DNA of 64,000 nt from the human T2T-CHM13v2.0 reference genome, Homo sapiens, in NCBI RefSeq assembly GCF_009914755.1, contig NC_060927.1; one strand, written 5' to 3'. Below, one piece after another: positions 26,531 through 43,323 of this stretch (position 1 is its first letter; each line of letters opens with the position of its first letter). The notes under the pieces were generated by a model, which was not told the DNA's origin, did not search any database, and saw only the letters and a program-made list of their open reading frames with translations. Position numbers and translations under genes: made by a program.

Positions 26531-26787
26531 TTAAATCAGAATCACTGAGGGCCCAGACTCCAGTAGTTTTTTACTTCCCACCCCCTCCAAGGGGGCGCTG
26601 CCAACCCTGAAAGCCAGCTCTCTTGAGAGGAATGGCCAACTTTGTATCTATACCTATCTTCTACCATGTTATTCAATTGAAGGTAACGTTGCCTACCTAG
26701 GAACAGATTTTCTCATATTTTTGCTAATACCTAAAAAGTATACTGAAGTCAGCTTTCCAGGAATTATAAGTCTTAGGGCTGTATCTT

Positions 26788-27215
26788 AATTCACACTCTA
26801 AACCAATCCTGGTAACTTCATTCCTCTGCCAGTGACTGACTTAAACATGGACTCCTGGTGCCCTTCTGGCCAAAACAAAAGAGGGAATATGGATTCAGGA
26901 TGACTAGGAAAGTGGTCTTCACTCTTAAAGAGGAACTTTAAGAGGTGGTACATTCTTTGTTCTTCCTGCAATTGAATGTTATTGTGTGATACCTGGAGCC
27001 ACTGCAGATGGCTCATGACCATAGGGACTGAGGGCACATTTGGGCAGAGAGGTCAGAAGGGGGGTCAGAAGTTGTGTTATGGTTGACCTGCTGAACTGTC
27101 CAGCCTTCATAACTGTCTCTGATCTCCTTTCTGAAATACTAATTTTTCTTATTTATTAAGATACTTTTAGCTGGATTTTCTTTTGCTTTTTGCTGAAAGC
27201 CTCTTAGTAGCTAAT
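26788..27215 (+). mobile_element. Old MLT1 LTR remnant
   Basis: CCCTCTGCCAGTGA..TCTGGCCAA and ACCTGGAGCCACTGCAG motifs; approximate limits. Confidence 0.5.
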
Positions 27216-28854
27216 ATTTATCCCATAGATGAATAATAACAATAATAATGCATGCTATGAAATACTCTGTAATAACAAACATAAGTCATGGACTTTTAAT
27301 ACAGAAAGGACCCCAAACATCATGCAATCCAACTGTTCAGATAGTCTCTGGACAGTGCTGAAATATGTTTTGCTTCCAGCAGAATAACAGAAAATTTAGA
27401 AAACTTGCTGACTTGGTATTTTTGCAAGTCATCTTCTCATTTTCTGCCTTTGACTTGACAGATGAGGAACATCCAAATAAATAGATTGTTTCTGCCTGAA
27501 GGGGCACAGAATGCACTGCCTGGGGAAACATATTCTTATGTACAAGGCATGCGTGTATATTGCTCATTTGAAAATGGAAGAACAATGAGTGGCTCATGAA
27601 GCTATTCTTGAGTTCTCCTTTGCTGACCCTCTCTTATGTAGAATTCAAATCTAGAATTATTAATAGAATCAGGAGGAGTTGGTAAATTTAAATTTAATTA
27701 ATATCATTACACTTTCCAATTGGTTGTGATTAAATTAGAAAAAAAATACTTCTGGTATGGTTCAAAAGTAACTTGTAATCATGTCTCAAAATGGGTATTT
27801 TGGTCTGTTTCATTCATTGCAATATCAGCACAATATTCATTCATTGCAGTATCCTCAGTGCCTAGAATAGCACCTGGCACATTGTAAATACTCAATAAAT
27901 ACTGGTTGAAACAAATAAATGCATGAGTAACTTCCTAATGACTACCATATCTCACCACTGTTTCTAGCTTAGTTACTATCTGAAAGAGAGCACATCCTTA
28001 ATAATTGTTAGCTGAATAAGTTAATGAATAACTGGACATTTCTTATGTTTTATATCAGATATTAGGAGGGTAATGGGTACCTTGGCTCCGAAGGCAAAAT
28101 ATTTATTTACTAAGAGATCCTGAAATATTTTCATTGACTCTAGAATCCCAAAGCTGAGGTTACCAGTCTTCAGGCTTACATATCACATTTTACTTTGCTG
28201 ATGAAAATTATTATTTTTCTCTTGAAGAACAATATCCATGCTCTCACTGTGCGACATTACTTTCTTTAAATTTAGAGTTTTTGCTTTTTTCTTAACGTCA
28301 ATAAATATTTATTTAATGTCTACTTCAAAGAGGCATTGGGCTCGGTATTGCAGAGTAAATAAAGACAAGAAGGACCCAAGGCCTGAGTTTGTAACCTAGG
28401 ATGACCATATGCTTCTTGAAGTCATAGTAATTGTGATTTCCTCTAATGGTTAGCCAAGTGACAGGCAAGAAGTATTCAATAGGTGTGTGTTGAATGGAAA
28501 ACTGTTACACTGAATTAAAGACAGTGTATAATATACATCTCTAAAGGAAATGCAAACTGCTCTGTGAGGTTTCTAGAGGGAATAGTCTCATCTAGACCGT
28601 GGCGCAGCTTTCTGGAGAAAGTAATCCTTAGAGACAGGTTGCCAATAGTTGCAAATGATAGGAGAGCCTACCTTACATGGATAAATCAGCTTAACCATCA
28701 CAATGTCATCAGGCATCTTCAAAAAAAGTAAATAGTACAATTTATCTCATATATAGGTTGTTTAGTGTATAGGTCTTCAAAGATAACTAAGAGTTGCCAA
28801 GTGTAGTACTTGAATGCCCATACGAGTAATTTTTACTTGCATCATAGACATAGT

Positions 28855-29030
28855 CAACGGTTCCTAAATGTTGCTGCATGTTGTAATCACCCGATGGTCT
28901 TTGAATACTGCAGATGTTTGGTCACCCTCAGATATTCTGATTTAATCAGTATGGAGAGTAATCAGGACATTAAAAATATTAAAAGCTTCCCAGGTGACTG
29001 CAATGTGGGGCAAAGTTTGGGACCTGTCTC
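28855..29030. mobile_element. MER5-like DNA transposon
   Basis: TTCTGATTTAAT...AAAAGCTTCCCAGGTGACTGCAATGTG...AAGTTTGGGAC. Confidence 0.65.
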
Positions 29031-31944
29031 TGTAAGTGATGAAAGGAGGTATGACGATAAAGGGAGAGCAAGGTGGGAGTTACATTTCATTTCTGAAGGG
29101 TCACTTTGGACTTAGGAGTTTAATGTACTGAAAGGAAAGTCTGGCAGGGAATTCACCAAGTAGATCTGAAATCCAGGAGCAAAGACAACATTTCTTACTT
29201 AGGTTTGGAAGTCATTGGTATGGCAGAACCAGCTTCACCTAATGAACTCCTGTTCATTGTATCAATTACAGCTGACATTGCTTTTCACTGGGGAAACTAG
29301 CCTAAGCTGCTAAAAAGGTCAGACAACTGTGTTCCATGCTCTAAAAGCCATCTGAACTTCTTTGACACAGTACTGTTCACAGTTTATATTATATATATAT
29401 ATATTTTTTGGTGTTATGTATATATGCAAATGAGCTCATCTGTGATTGGAAAGTAGAGGATTTTTGTCTGTGCAACACAAAGTACAATAATTCAACTGAA
29501 TATAGCAAGCTTAGATAAGGACTGTTCAGCAGGGTGTCCCCAGACTCTGCTATTTGGCTCAGATTGGTCAGATGTTTTATCTTGGAAGTCTTTACTGCAT
29601 GGTTATCCCTATCTTTTGGCACTTTACACCATCTTCATAACTTAGTTCTCAGAGAATCAAGAAACATGGATAATACAAAGCTTGTATTAAGGTTCTCTAA
29701 GAAACAATCTATGGAGTATATATGTATTACATTTTATTGAGGGCTTTCAAGCTGAGGATCATGTAAAATTTAAACTAAAAGATACTACATTTTTCCCTAA
29801 AGAAATTTTAATCTTAAATTTTAAAAAGTAACTGATGAAACAAGCATGTTCAAAAATTTTTGTTAAAGAATAAACTCTTATTTTTCCACTTTATGTTTCT
29901 TCAGTCTTTTCTAATTTATTTTTTTTTTCTGTAGTGCAGTTTTTTTCCTCTGTCCAGTTCTTGGCTTTCAATGACTTACCCTGTTCCTATTGTATTTATT
30001 TTTACAAGGTGTCTTTTTTAAAGTTAGCACTAATTCGTGTTTCTTAAGCTGTCATTAGTATTTATTTTGAAGCTTCCCCTCTCTTAGAGTTTATGATATA
30101 CAGCAAGCATGAACGACTTTTGCTTAAAAGGCCAGATAGTGAATGTAGACCATGTAGACCAAGATGCAAAATTGAGGTTATTGCTCAGTCATTGCGTAGT
30201 TCCCAAATCACCTCAAATACCTTAGTCTTCCTTGTTCCATGTCTAAAACATAAGTTAATAGAGTCGCCTAACCCATGGAATGCTGTGTTAAATCTTGCTT
30301 TTCTCTAGAGGGTCCATTAAAGGTCTGGATCATTGTATTAGCCAAAGAGCTTCATGTTAGAATTGTAACCAAAGTTCAGGTCTTTGTTAAGGAGCAAAAC
30401 TTTTTTCACAAACCCAGTGTACAATCGCAGCAAGTTTAAAGGCTGGTGACTATTAACATATTAACTAAAAATGTTGCTTAAAGGAGGAGAATTTTCTCCT
30501 TAGAAAGAAAGAAATGAACAAAAAATGAATGACAAGCTAGTAGCATTAGAATGGATGAAAATTTTGCTCTCCTACCATTAATTAAGAAAAGGTAAAGCCG
30601 GCCAGTGTAGCATCTGCATGACAAAGAAAGCAGTGCAAACAGAAAGTGGCTCAAGATTAATGTCCTCTTAAGATTCAAAGTTGAAAGGAGATATAAAACA
30701 GGAAAAATTTTACATTTGCTCTTGCAAGCATTTGTGGCCTTCAAGGGCTTTATCCTCCAGGGGAAAGAGGTGTGCTTGTCATTCAGACCTGTACGACTTT
30801 AAAAGAGCAAAACTGTTTATCTTTGCTTTCACATATGTAAACCATCTTCCTTTTTACTCTTTCTTTGTAGTTTCAAACTAAAGAATATGTTGCTGCTGAT
30901 ATGTGAGCTAACTTCCTCTCATCATAGGCTTCCAAAGTTCCTGTCCCTGCCAGTACTGAAATTCAGAGAAAATAATATGATGCCATCACATTGAGTCAGT
31001 GTTTGCAGCAGATAGAGGTTAAAGCTATGAAGCTAATTATTTTTTCTTTAGAAACACTGCGTCATTGTTATTTGGTGAAGTGTGTAAGCCAGTGCCAGTC
31101 CCCATGTTGTCTGTTACTGGTCTACAGCAAGAGAAGTTACAAATTTGACACTAAAGGTTTAGAGACATTAAGCACATTGACAGTAATTTTACATCTAATA
31201 ATTATAATGATAAAAAAGAACCTGTTTGTGTGTCTTTGTTCTTATTCCATTTTCTTATTAATTTCTTTGTATTGTATTGTACAAAATTGCCTTTGAAAGA
31301 TATGGTAGATTTTATTTTTAAATGATCTTTTACTACAGAGCATTTGAAATAACCTGTCTTAACACATTTTTGGTAGATTGGAAATTCCCACTGGAAAAAT
31401 AACAAAATCAACAGCAACAACTACAACTACAATCCTCATTTTTGCTTGTAATACTATAATTTGTGTTGTTGTGGCAGGCCAGTTCTCATTAACACAGGCC
31501 TTCATAACAACTATTTCAGCCCTGACTGAGTGGTTGAGTTAAATATTCAAAGCTGAAAGAGCCAGTGACCTTATACAAAGGCTGGAATATAATAAAAGCC
31601 CACCAAGAGTCTGCTTAGGCCTTTCCTGGGACTTGAAGTATGACTGGATCATGAAGGAATTCTTAAGAAGACCCATTTAGGATTATTGGGGGTCTGAAGA
31701 AACTCCCCAGGCCTCTACAAACAAGTTTATTGGGGGTCTGAAGGAACTCCACAAACCTCTATGACTTAGGAGGAGACAAGATAAAAGTAGTGACCCCAGG
31801 ACCTCAACCCATTCAGATTAAGTAAACTTACAGATTCCAGAGGAAGGTCGTCAGAACTCAGATCTTAGTTATAGATTAAAAGAAGTTAATCACTTATGTC
31901 TTTAGATCAATGCATACTTATACATAGACATATAACTTAGAAGA

Positions 31945-34575
<2,631 letters not shown>

Positions 34576-35006
34576 GAAGGTATATAAGCTCTGGAAGACT
34601 TTATAATTTTTAGTCTGGCAATATTTTCCAGGCCTTCTCCCTGTAACCGGCTACAGAAATAAAAACTCTCTTCCTCCCCATTCATCTTGCATCTTGCTAT
34701 TGGGCCATGAGAATAAGCAGCCTGACCCTTAGTTTGGTCTGGGAACATTGTGTTGTGTAACACCTACAACTGGATCAGTGACTTTTCTCATTTAATAATC
34801 TCAGAGAATCTAAGGAAGTTATTACCATTCCTACTTTATAAATGAGGAAACTGATACTCAGAAAGTTAATGACAATGTATAATTTTCAAAAAATTGAAAC
34901 ACATAGTTCTTATATAGATATAATGTGAGTACTTGTTAAAGATTTTAAAACTCATTAAAAGAGGAATCAGTAGAATGATAAAGCTAGTTCCAATGGGGAT
35001 TCAAGA

Positions 35007-35630
35007 TGTTACTGGAAAGGGGTCCTGTTCCAGATCCAAGAGAGAGTTCTTGGACCTCACACAAAAAAGAATTTGGGGTGAGTCCATAAAGTGACAGCAA
35101 ATTTATTAGGAAAGTAAAGGAATAAAGAATAGCTACTCCATAGGCAGAGCAGCCCCATGGGCTTCTGGTTGGCTATTTTTATGGTTATTTCTTGATAATA
35201 TGCTAAAAAATGGGTGGATTATTCATGAGTTTTCCAGGAAAGGAGTGGGCAATTCCTGGAACTGAAGGTTCCTCCCCATTTTAAACCGTATGGGATAATT
35301 TGCTGACATTGCCATGGCATTTGTAAACTGTCCTGGCACTGGTGGGAGTGTCTTTTAGCATGCTAATGTATTACAATTAGCATATAATGAGTAGTGAGGA
35401 TAATCAGAGGTCACTTTCATCACCATCTTGGTTTTGGTGGGTTTTATCTGGCTTGTTTACCACATACTTTTATCAGTAATGTCTCTGTGACGTGTACCTT
35501 GTGCTGACCTCCTATCTCATCCTGTGACTAAGAATGCCTAACCTCCTTAGAATGCAGCCCAGTAAGTCTCTGCCTTACTTTACCCACCCCTATTCAAGAT
35601 GGAGTGACTCTGGTTCAAACACCTCTGACA
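35007..35630 (-). mobile_element. MER41 (MER41B-like) solo LTR
   Basis: Reverse complement begins TGTCAGAGGTGTTTGAACCAGAGTCACTCCATCTTGAATAGG; 4-bp TSD AAGA on both sides. Confidence 0.9.
35232..35261. promoter_or_regulatory. Tandem GAS (STAT) sites TTCCAGGAA and TTCCTGGAA within MER41
   Basis: Two perfect TTCNNNGAA at 35232-35240 and 35253-35261. Confidence 0.7.
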
Positions 35631-36096
35631 AAGAGACCAAAGCATTTAGAATTAATGAAAGACAGAATGCTAAAATATGACTGTAAAAACAGGTGGTTTT
35701 AGAAGAGCCTCCCAGTTAGACTCAGGTGGCTCTAACACCCTGAGTTCTTACGTAAGCCAACCAAACCCAACTCAGTGTGAGCAGTCAGATCCTAGAGAAA
35801 CAACACTTAAACTTCACCAGTGAGAAGCTACTAACCAATCTCTAACTCGGGATTTTAAGGCCACTTCTCCAGTTTAACCATTCAAATATTTTCTTTGCCT
35901 TTCTGCTAGATAAAAAGCATTTTATTTTTTCTTAGATAAAAGTTATTTTCAATGTGTTCATTTTCTACAAGTTTAAATCGACTTTTCAGAGTATGAGCCA
36001 AGATTAATAATAAATGCGAAGCCAAAAGAAGAAAGAACTCTTAGACAAGTCTTTCAGGGCTAGGTAGATCACCAAATTCCATTATGACCATGCTTC

Positions 36097-36728
36097 TGTC
36101 TAGCTCAAAACATGATACTCTGAAGTCTGGCAACTTACATGCTGAGTACTTTGAACTGGAGACTGGAAGGACATCAAAAGCAAAGTCTTTGTGACTTTCT
36201 TCTGTCCTCCTGTCACCTGCCCATCGTTCTCCTCTTAAAGTGATTGGTAGAAAACAGAATTCTCCCCCAAGGTAGTTCATAGAAACTAGAACTCTTCTTC
36301 CCCAAAGCAAGCCATAAAACGGAGAAAAGTCATTCTCTGATATTCTCCCTTTTTTTTTTTTTTTTGGAAGATCCTCATTCCAAAGGGGTCCTGCTTCATA
36401 TGCAGGAGGGAATAACGCTGCACAGAGAGGCCAAGAAGAATCCGAGCAGACAGCCCCTGCTGGGTTTTCCCCTCAGTCTATTTATTACTAGTAAATCATA
36501 CCTTTGTCCAATCACATTTCTACAGAGCTGTCCATTCTTCATCTAACCCAAGCATATAAATAGACAGTTTTCCTGCAGTTTTGAGTCTTTAGTTCTGATC
36601 TCCTGAGTCATGTAAAATTTCGATTGCATACATTTGTTACTTTTTTTTCTGTTAACCTGTCTTGCTATAAGTGTGTGCTGTGGCCCCTATGATGGACAAG
36701 GACATATACCATAGTTTTTCACTCCTAC
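36097..36728 (+). mobile_element. MER39/MER34-like ERV1 LTR
   Basis: CATGCTGAGTACTTTGAACTG, CATAGAAACTAGAACT, GACCCTCATTCC-like, TTGTCCAATCACATTTC; ends CTCCTACA. Confidence 0.7.
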
Positions 36729-36734
36729 ACTTCA

Positions 36735-36960
36735 CAAAGAAAAGTCAGAAAGTGACCATTCTAGGTTTTATTGCTTGCTTTGGGGGACAGGGATTCTAGT
36801 TTCTATGGACTCGATTTAGGAGACTGATAAGGGTGGGTGACAGGAGATGGGAGAAGGTCATAGAGACCTTGCTTCTGTGGCCCTCCTGTCGTCTTCAGCT
36901 CAAAAATACTCAGTGTGCCAAGGCAGGAGACTTTGGGATATTGTGTTCAGCACCCTGCCA
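36735..36960 (-). mobile_element. MER21/MER39-family LTR fragment
   Basis: GATTCTAGTTTCTATG..CTCAGTGTGCCAAGG..TTTGGGATATTGTGTTC is an inverse relative of the adjacent LTR. Confidence 0.5.
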
Positions 36961-37163
36961 TTAGTAATCATGCTATGAATATTCAAATATAAGAGAACCT
37001 ATTTTCACATCCATCTCTATATTCTAGAGTATTGATTACATACATAACGATAGATACGTGGAAGGATGGATACTAGTTGTATACTAAAAGGCTCAGGCTT
37101 TGGATACTGAACTGAAATTCTAGCTTAATTGTTTTCTAGCAGAATGATCTGGGGCAAATTATT

Positions 37164-38143
37164 ATTTTTTTATTTTATTTTTTATTTATTTATTTTTATA
37201 TTTTTTATTTTTTTATTTATTTATTTTTTATTTTATTATTATTATACTTTAAGTTTTAGGGTACATGTGCACAATGGGCAGGTTAGTTACATATGTATAC
37301 ATGTACCATGCTAGTGTGCTGCACCCATTAACTCCTCATTTAGCATTAGGTATATCTCCTAAAGCTATCCCTCCCCACTTCCCCCACCCCACAACAGTCC
37401 CCAGAGTGTGATGTTCCCCTTCCTGTGTCCATGTGTTCTCATTGTTCCATTCCCACCTATGAGTGAGAATATGTGGTGTTTGGTTTTTTGTTCTTGTGAT
37501 AGTTTACTGAGAATGATGATTTCCAATTTCATCCATGTCCCTACAAAGGACATGAACTCATCATTTTTTATGGATGCATAGTATTCCATGGTGTATATGT
37601 GCCACATTTTCTTAATCCAGTCTATCATTGTTGGACATTTGGGTTGGTTCCAAGTCTTTGCTATTGTGAATAGAGCTGCAATAAACATACGTGTGCATGT
37701 GTCTTTATAGCAGCATGATTTATAGTCCTTTGGGTATATACCCAGTAATGGGATGGCTGGGTCAAATGGCATTTGTAGTTCTAGATCCCTGAGGAATCGC
37801 CACACTGACTTCCACAATGGTTGAACTAGTTTACAGTCCCACCAACAGTGTAAAAGTGTTCCTATTTCTCCACATCCTCTCCAGCATCTGTTGTTTCCTG
37901 ACTTTTTAATGACTGCCATTCTAACTGGTGTGAGATGATATCTCATTGTGGTTTTGATTTGCATTTCTCTGATGGGCAGTGATGGTGAGCATTTTTTCAT
38001 GTGTTTTTTGGCTGCATAAATGTCTTCTTTTGAGAAGTGTCTGTTCATGTCCTTCGCCCACTTTTTGATGGGGTTGTTTGTTTTTATCTTGTAAATTTGT
38101 TTGAGTTCTTTGTAGATTCTGGATACTAGCTACTCATCTGACA
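37164..38143 (-). mobile_element. 5'-truncated L1PA (L1PA3-like) inserted in a MIR (MIR ~37070-37163 and 38144-38280)
   Basis: T-rich tail, L1 3'UTR, ORF2 C-terminus (ORF 37365-38048); 14-bp TSD TGGGGCAAATTATT at 37150-37163 and 38144-38157. Confidence 0.95.
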
Positions 38144-41100
38144 TGGGGCAAATTATTTAACCTCTCTAAACCTCCTTTTACTGATGTATACATGGAGATA
38201 ATATTAATAGCACATCATAGAGCTTTGGTGAGGATTGAGTTAGAGAATGCCTGTAAAAGCTTGACACAGTACCTAACATGCTTTCTCCCCAATTCTCCTA
38301 GTTTCTTCCGGTGAAATGTTCCAATAACAACAACTCCTGGCCTTGCTTTGCACTCTCACATATTAGGCCCTAGAGATGGAGGAACAATATCTATCTGAAT
38401 GGTGACCTTGAAATAAGAAAGTAGGCATGCATATCCTGGTCCCTTCTTTCCTTTCTTTTTTCATGTGGGTATGCTGCTTGTAAGTATCACGTATTTTTTA
38501 TCATTGAGCAGGACGTCATTTGCCTGCAGATACAGACCAGCTTCTCTAACAATAGTTTAATCCATATAGATCATTTTGACTCTTTTTTCTTATTTCTCAA
38601 AGGTTTTAGAACCTGGGCAAGGAACAGTGTTACTCCCTTGAACCTCATGATGGCTTATAGAAAATTCAATGAAAGCTGTTTTTAGCTCTATATATTTTTA
38701 AATGGTTATTTTACTGCTTTTTAGTTTTTGCTTGTTTTAAATTGGTTACCTTTCTTTATTGAGCTTTATTTCTAAATAGGATAAAATTATTAACCTCTAT
38801 GGGTTATTGTAAACCTGGAAAATTATTCTGTATGTAAATTCTCTGACCCATAGTGAACATTCTATCTTGTGACCAGAATTCCTGTCAAATATTTTGCTCT
38901 TGAGAGTATGTTTATTTTATATATAGGGCCACTTAAGCATAATAACTAAATTGCTATTTTGCATGAAAAATACAAACTCTTGGATAGATAACAATGGAAC
39001 CAAAAGGAAACTTTTATTGTTTTTTAATAATTAGGATAGTAACTGCCAGTCACTGCTTTGCTTTGTAAAAAGTTTGAAAAGTACATTTGGACTCAGAGAG
39101 TTTTTTTCCTGATGTCTAATATTAGTCAAGATACATTTTATTAAATCAAATTATTCAAATTTAAAATCCTGTGGTAACAGGATTGGGATGTGAAAAACAA
39201 ATTATTCCTTAAAGTACTAACTGGAAAATCTATCATAAATGTGAAAAATTTTTTCAATAAGGGACTTTGATCAAATAGCTGGAATTCCATCTTATGATGA
39301 ATATCCATCAGAAACAAAATAGATGGCTTAAACCACATGAGTGTCTTTCATGATAAAAAAAATCGTAAACAATTCATGGATTATTTCACTTCAGTGTGTT
39401 GCTGATTTTTAATTAAATCCAATTAGAGTCAATTCATTTTATCACATGCAGTTTGTTTCTGTACCATCTTAGTTTCGAAGTATTTTTATGTTCCTAATTC
39501 TAAACTCTGTAGGCTATAAAGATGCATACTGCAAAACCTGTAAGGCTGGTATTTAGAGTGTTTTTGGTAACAGAAAAGAGCAAGGCAAAGGGATTATTTT
39601 TTTCCCCCGAGCTGATAAATGTTATTTATGAAGAATGGACATGAATTAATGGTTCTGTCAGTAATTCTGTAGTTATGACTTCGAAGCAGGCACCATTTCC
39701 TTGAATTCCTGGGAAGCTATATTTTATGTTTGCTTTCTTTTGACAATGGTTTTTGTTAAAACTGGGTTGCTAATAACTCCCTAAAGCAAGTTAGTTTACT
39801 GAGCAATATAATTTGACAAATGCTTATTAGTAAAAGCTATATTCTTGAGATTTACTTGACTGAAGTGTCCCATTGATTGTCATTAATTATCATGTTGATT
39901 CACAAACAAGTTTCTATGTTCATTTGTCACTCCAGCAATTTAGATATTGATTGGATCCATTTGGACGTGTAACACCCAAGTTGAGGCTCCCTTGAAAACT
40001 TGTCAAAAGGTACCAAAGATTATACTGACAGTCAACAGTACAGAACACAACAGCATTATATTTAAGCAGTTAATCATTTCTGGAGAAGAAAATGCAGTAG
40101 TTTCCAAAAGAAATTGGCTAAAAGAATACAAAGAAGTTGCCAGTGGAAGGCATTAGGATGTATTCTTGAGAATTCAGGTAGGCACAATGGTAGTCAGTTA
40201 ATAGGGTTTAAGAACAAACACACAGACAAAAAATCACGTCACTTACAACCTCTAAGAACAAAAACATACCTATAGCTGATAGACCTAAGGCATGGGATTG
40301 CAGGCCTTACAGGGCAATACTCTTAGCATTTGCTTTTAGGAAGAACCTAGCGTCTGTCAACAAGTATATATCTGATGGAATGGCATTGCTTACCACAGTG
40401 TTAAGATGGAAGAAGCACCGGATGGAGGTCACAAATCCCCTGTCACAAACCCCAGGCTCTGTCACTTAGCTGTATTCTTAGTGGGAACTCGGGCAAGATA
40501 TTTAGTGACTTTTATCTTGCCAAAGATATCATTGAATGTAGATGTGCCGTTATTTTATGTGCCACTAGGAAAGAAAAATACCAAGAAACCGTGGCACGGT
40601 ATCAATTGTAAAATGCAACTTCTGAGATGCTAAAAGTTATCGAAAAATATATATTCTGAAGGGACTTACTTCACTTATTTATCTGTGAATGGAGAAGACT
40701 GGGTTAGATTGGTGGCCATTTAACATAAATTCCTTGGAATGCTAATATGTATAATGTTAAATATAATTTTGCAACAAATAAGATATCCAAGAATACATAC
40801 CTGTATATTTTATATATATAATAATAATATTTTATTATTTTCCCAAAATAATAAATGGGAAATAAAATCCCATTTATTTTTAATAAACTTAAATCAATAA
40901 ATTAAGTCCATGAAGTATGGTCTCCCCTTCTCTGGTGACTTCAAGGACTTATAATTTCATCTTCCTGGTGTTACTGCTAATTTTCATCTCTATTCCTAAT
41001 TCTCACTGTCCCCTCTTCACACTCTGCCACCAAATGAGTGTACATACAACTTAGGTTGACCTGTGAGAGTCCCCACATCCCTATCCACAGTGATGAAACA

Positions 41101-41289
41101 GAGACGGGCTTATGAACCAAATAAGCCTAATTAGACCCTTTCCTGAGATTGTATATGAACTCTAGAACAAAGAAAGTCCCTTTATGGTTGGGTTTGCATG
41201 TTGGGAACATAGGTATCTAGCATTCATTTTAAAGAAATGTTAAAAAAAAAACTGTTGGGGAAATAAGCCAATTAGAAATAAGGAATGTA

Positions 41290-41659
<370 letters not shown>

Positions 41660-42973
41660 TAGAAATAAGGAATGTGAAGAGAAAAATTGCTTTGAGGACA
41701 TTGTTTATATCATTGAGTTCTGCCTTAGCTAAGGCTAGACCACCGCTGGCCAATGAATTGTATAAACCAATAAATGTCCTTTTTGCTTAACATGTATGTT
41801 TCTGTCATTGCTAATTAAAGGATTCTAATACAGGGGTCAGATATAAAAGTATATTCAGATCAATTACATCTTCAAAGGGACCGCTTTTTAAAGAACTTGT
41901 CTTTCATGAATGGACATTTCCTACTAAATTTTGCATTCATTGAGAGTAGTGATAACTCATCCATTTTTTATATATGCAGTGCTTAGCATGCAATTAACCT
42001 GGCACACAGTCATTCCTCCATAAGTCTTTTGGTGAACAAATGAATTGCATGAATTTGAATGTTGGAATAGGGAAGACATGGAACAATGAAGAGGGTGGAA
42101 GATGATGTGATTCATTTTATTTAAAGAAATCAAGATTATCCAAAACATAAGATGTTAGTCAGCATTTTCCAAAGCACATTCCCTGGATCTCTAATTTATT
42201 TGGGGACAAATGGATGTGTTTCCCAAACAAATTCTGCATGTATATTGCCTACCATAGTACCTGGCATGTGGTAAATAATCAGTATACAATTTCTGTGTTT
42301 GTGCTCTTAGTGGCAGATTCTTTTTGAATTGCATTTTTGAGGGTAAAAAGAGGCTAAAAGTTAAACTTGTTCTATTCCTTACTGTCTGGTTTGTACCATT
42401 CCTGAAATCTCCGTTACTTTCTGGAACATTTACTCAAAATCTACATTACTTTCTTCTTTGACTTCTGCCAAAACAATCTAGTGCATTGCGACTCAAAGTG
42501 TGGTTCCCGTAACCATTACTGCTCCACTAACAAATAACAAATCAGGACAAAATACAAATCAGTGCATTCCTTCCTACATTAGAAAAAAATGTCAATTGAA
42601 CTAAGTAACATCCTTAGTAACATAGCTAGTTTATCTTCTCGTTGGTTCTTCTTCCTGACAAAGACCAGTAACAAGTGATTGATGGATCTGTACTTAAAGT
42701 AGCAGTGACCTGTAAAACAACAACAAGTTGTAATCAGGAACAGCTAGGAATAGCCGGAGGACTTGAGGCTAACACACAGAAATCCCTGTCTTGCGAAGCT
42801 CTTCCTCCATGGTTAGAACTTCCAACCAGTCATACAGTGTGTGCGGTTGTGGGTGTGAGTGTTAAATTGCCCTCTCCAAGTTGTAGGTCAAAATGATTGA
42901 GAATCCTGTCGTTTTTCGTCATCATTTTATTTTGTTGTCATAAGTAATTTTTTTTCTTAATTTTATTGCCTGT

Positions 42974-43323
42974 CATATTAGTCCATTTTCACGTTGCTAT
43001 AAAGAACTACCTGAGGTTTAATTGATTCACAGTTCCACATGGCTGGGGAGGCCTCAGGAAACTTACAATCATGGAAAAAGGTGAAGGGGAAGCAAGGCAT
43101 GTCTTACATGGAAGCAGGAGAGAGAGAGAGAAGGTGAAGCAGGAAGTGCCACACGCACTTTCAAACAACTAGATCTCATGAGAACTCATTCACTATCATG
43201 AGAACAGCAAAGGAGAAGTCTACCCCCATGATCCAATCACTTCCCACCAGGCCCCTCCACTGACATGTGGGGATTACAATTCAAGATGATATTTGGGTGG
43301 GGACACAGAGCCAAACCGTATAA
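42974..43323 (-). mobile_element. MSTA-like MaLR solo LTR
   Basis: ATTAGTCCATTTTCAC...GGGGAGGCCTCAGGAAACTTACAATCATGG...GGGACACAGAGCCAAACC; 5-bp TSD CCTGT. Confidence 0.9.

Noticed and set aside
37365-38048. 227-aa ORF, the longest in the window
   Set aside because: It is the L1 ORF2 C-terminus; the normal stop after IGGN is mutated, so it runs into the 3'UTR. The element is 5'-truncated with no promoter.
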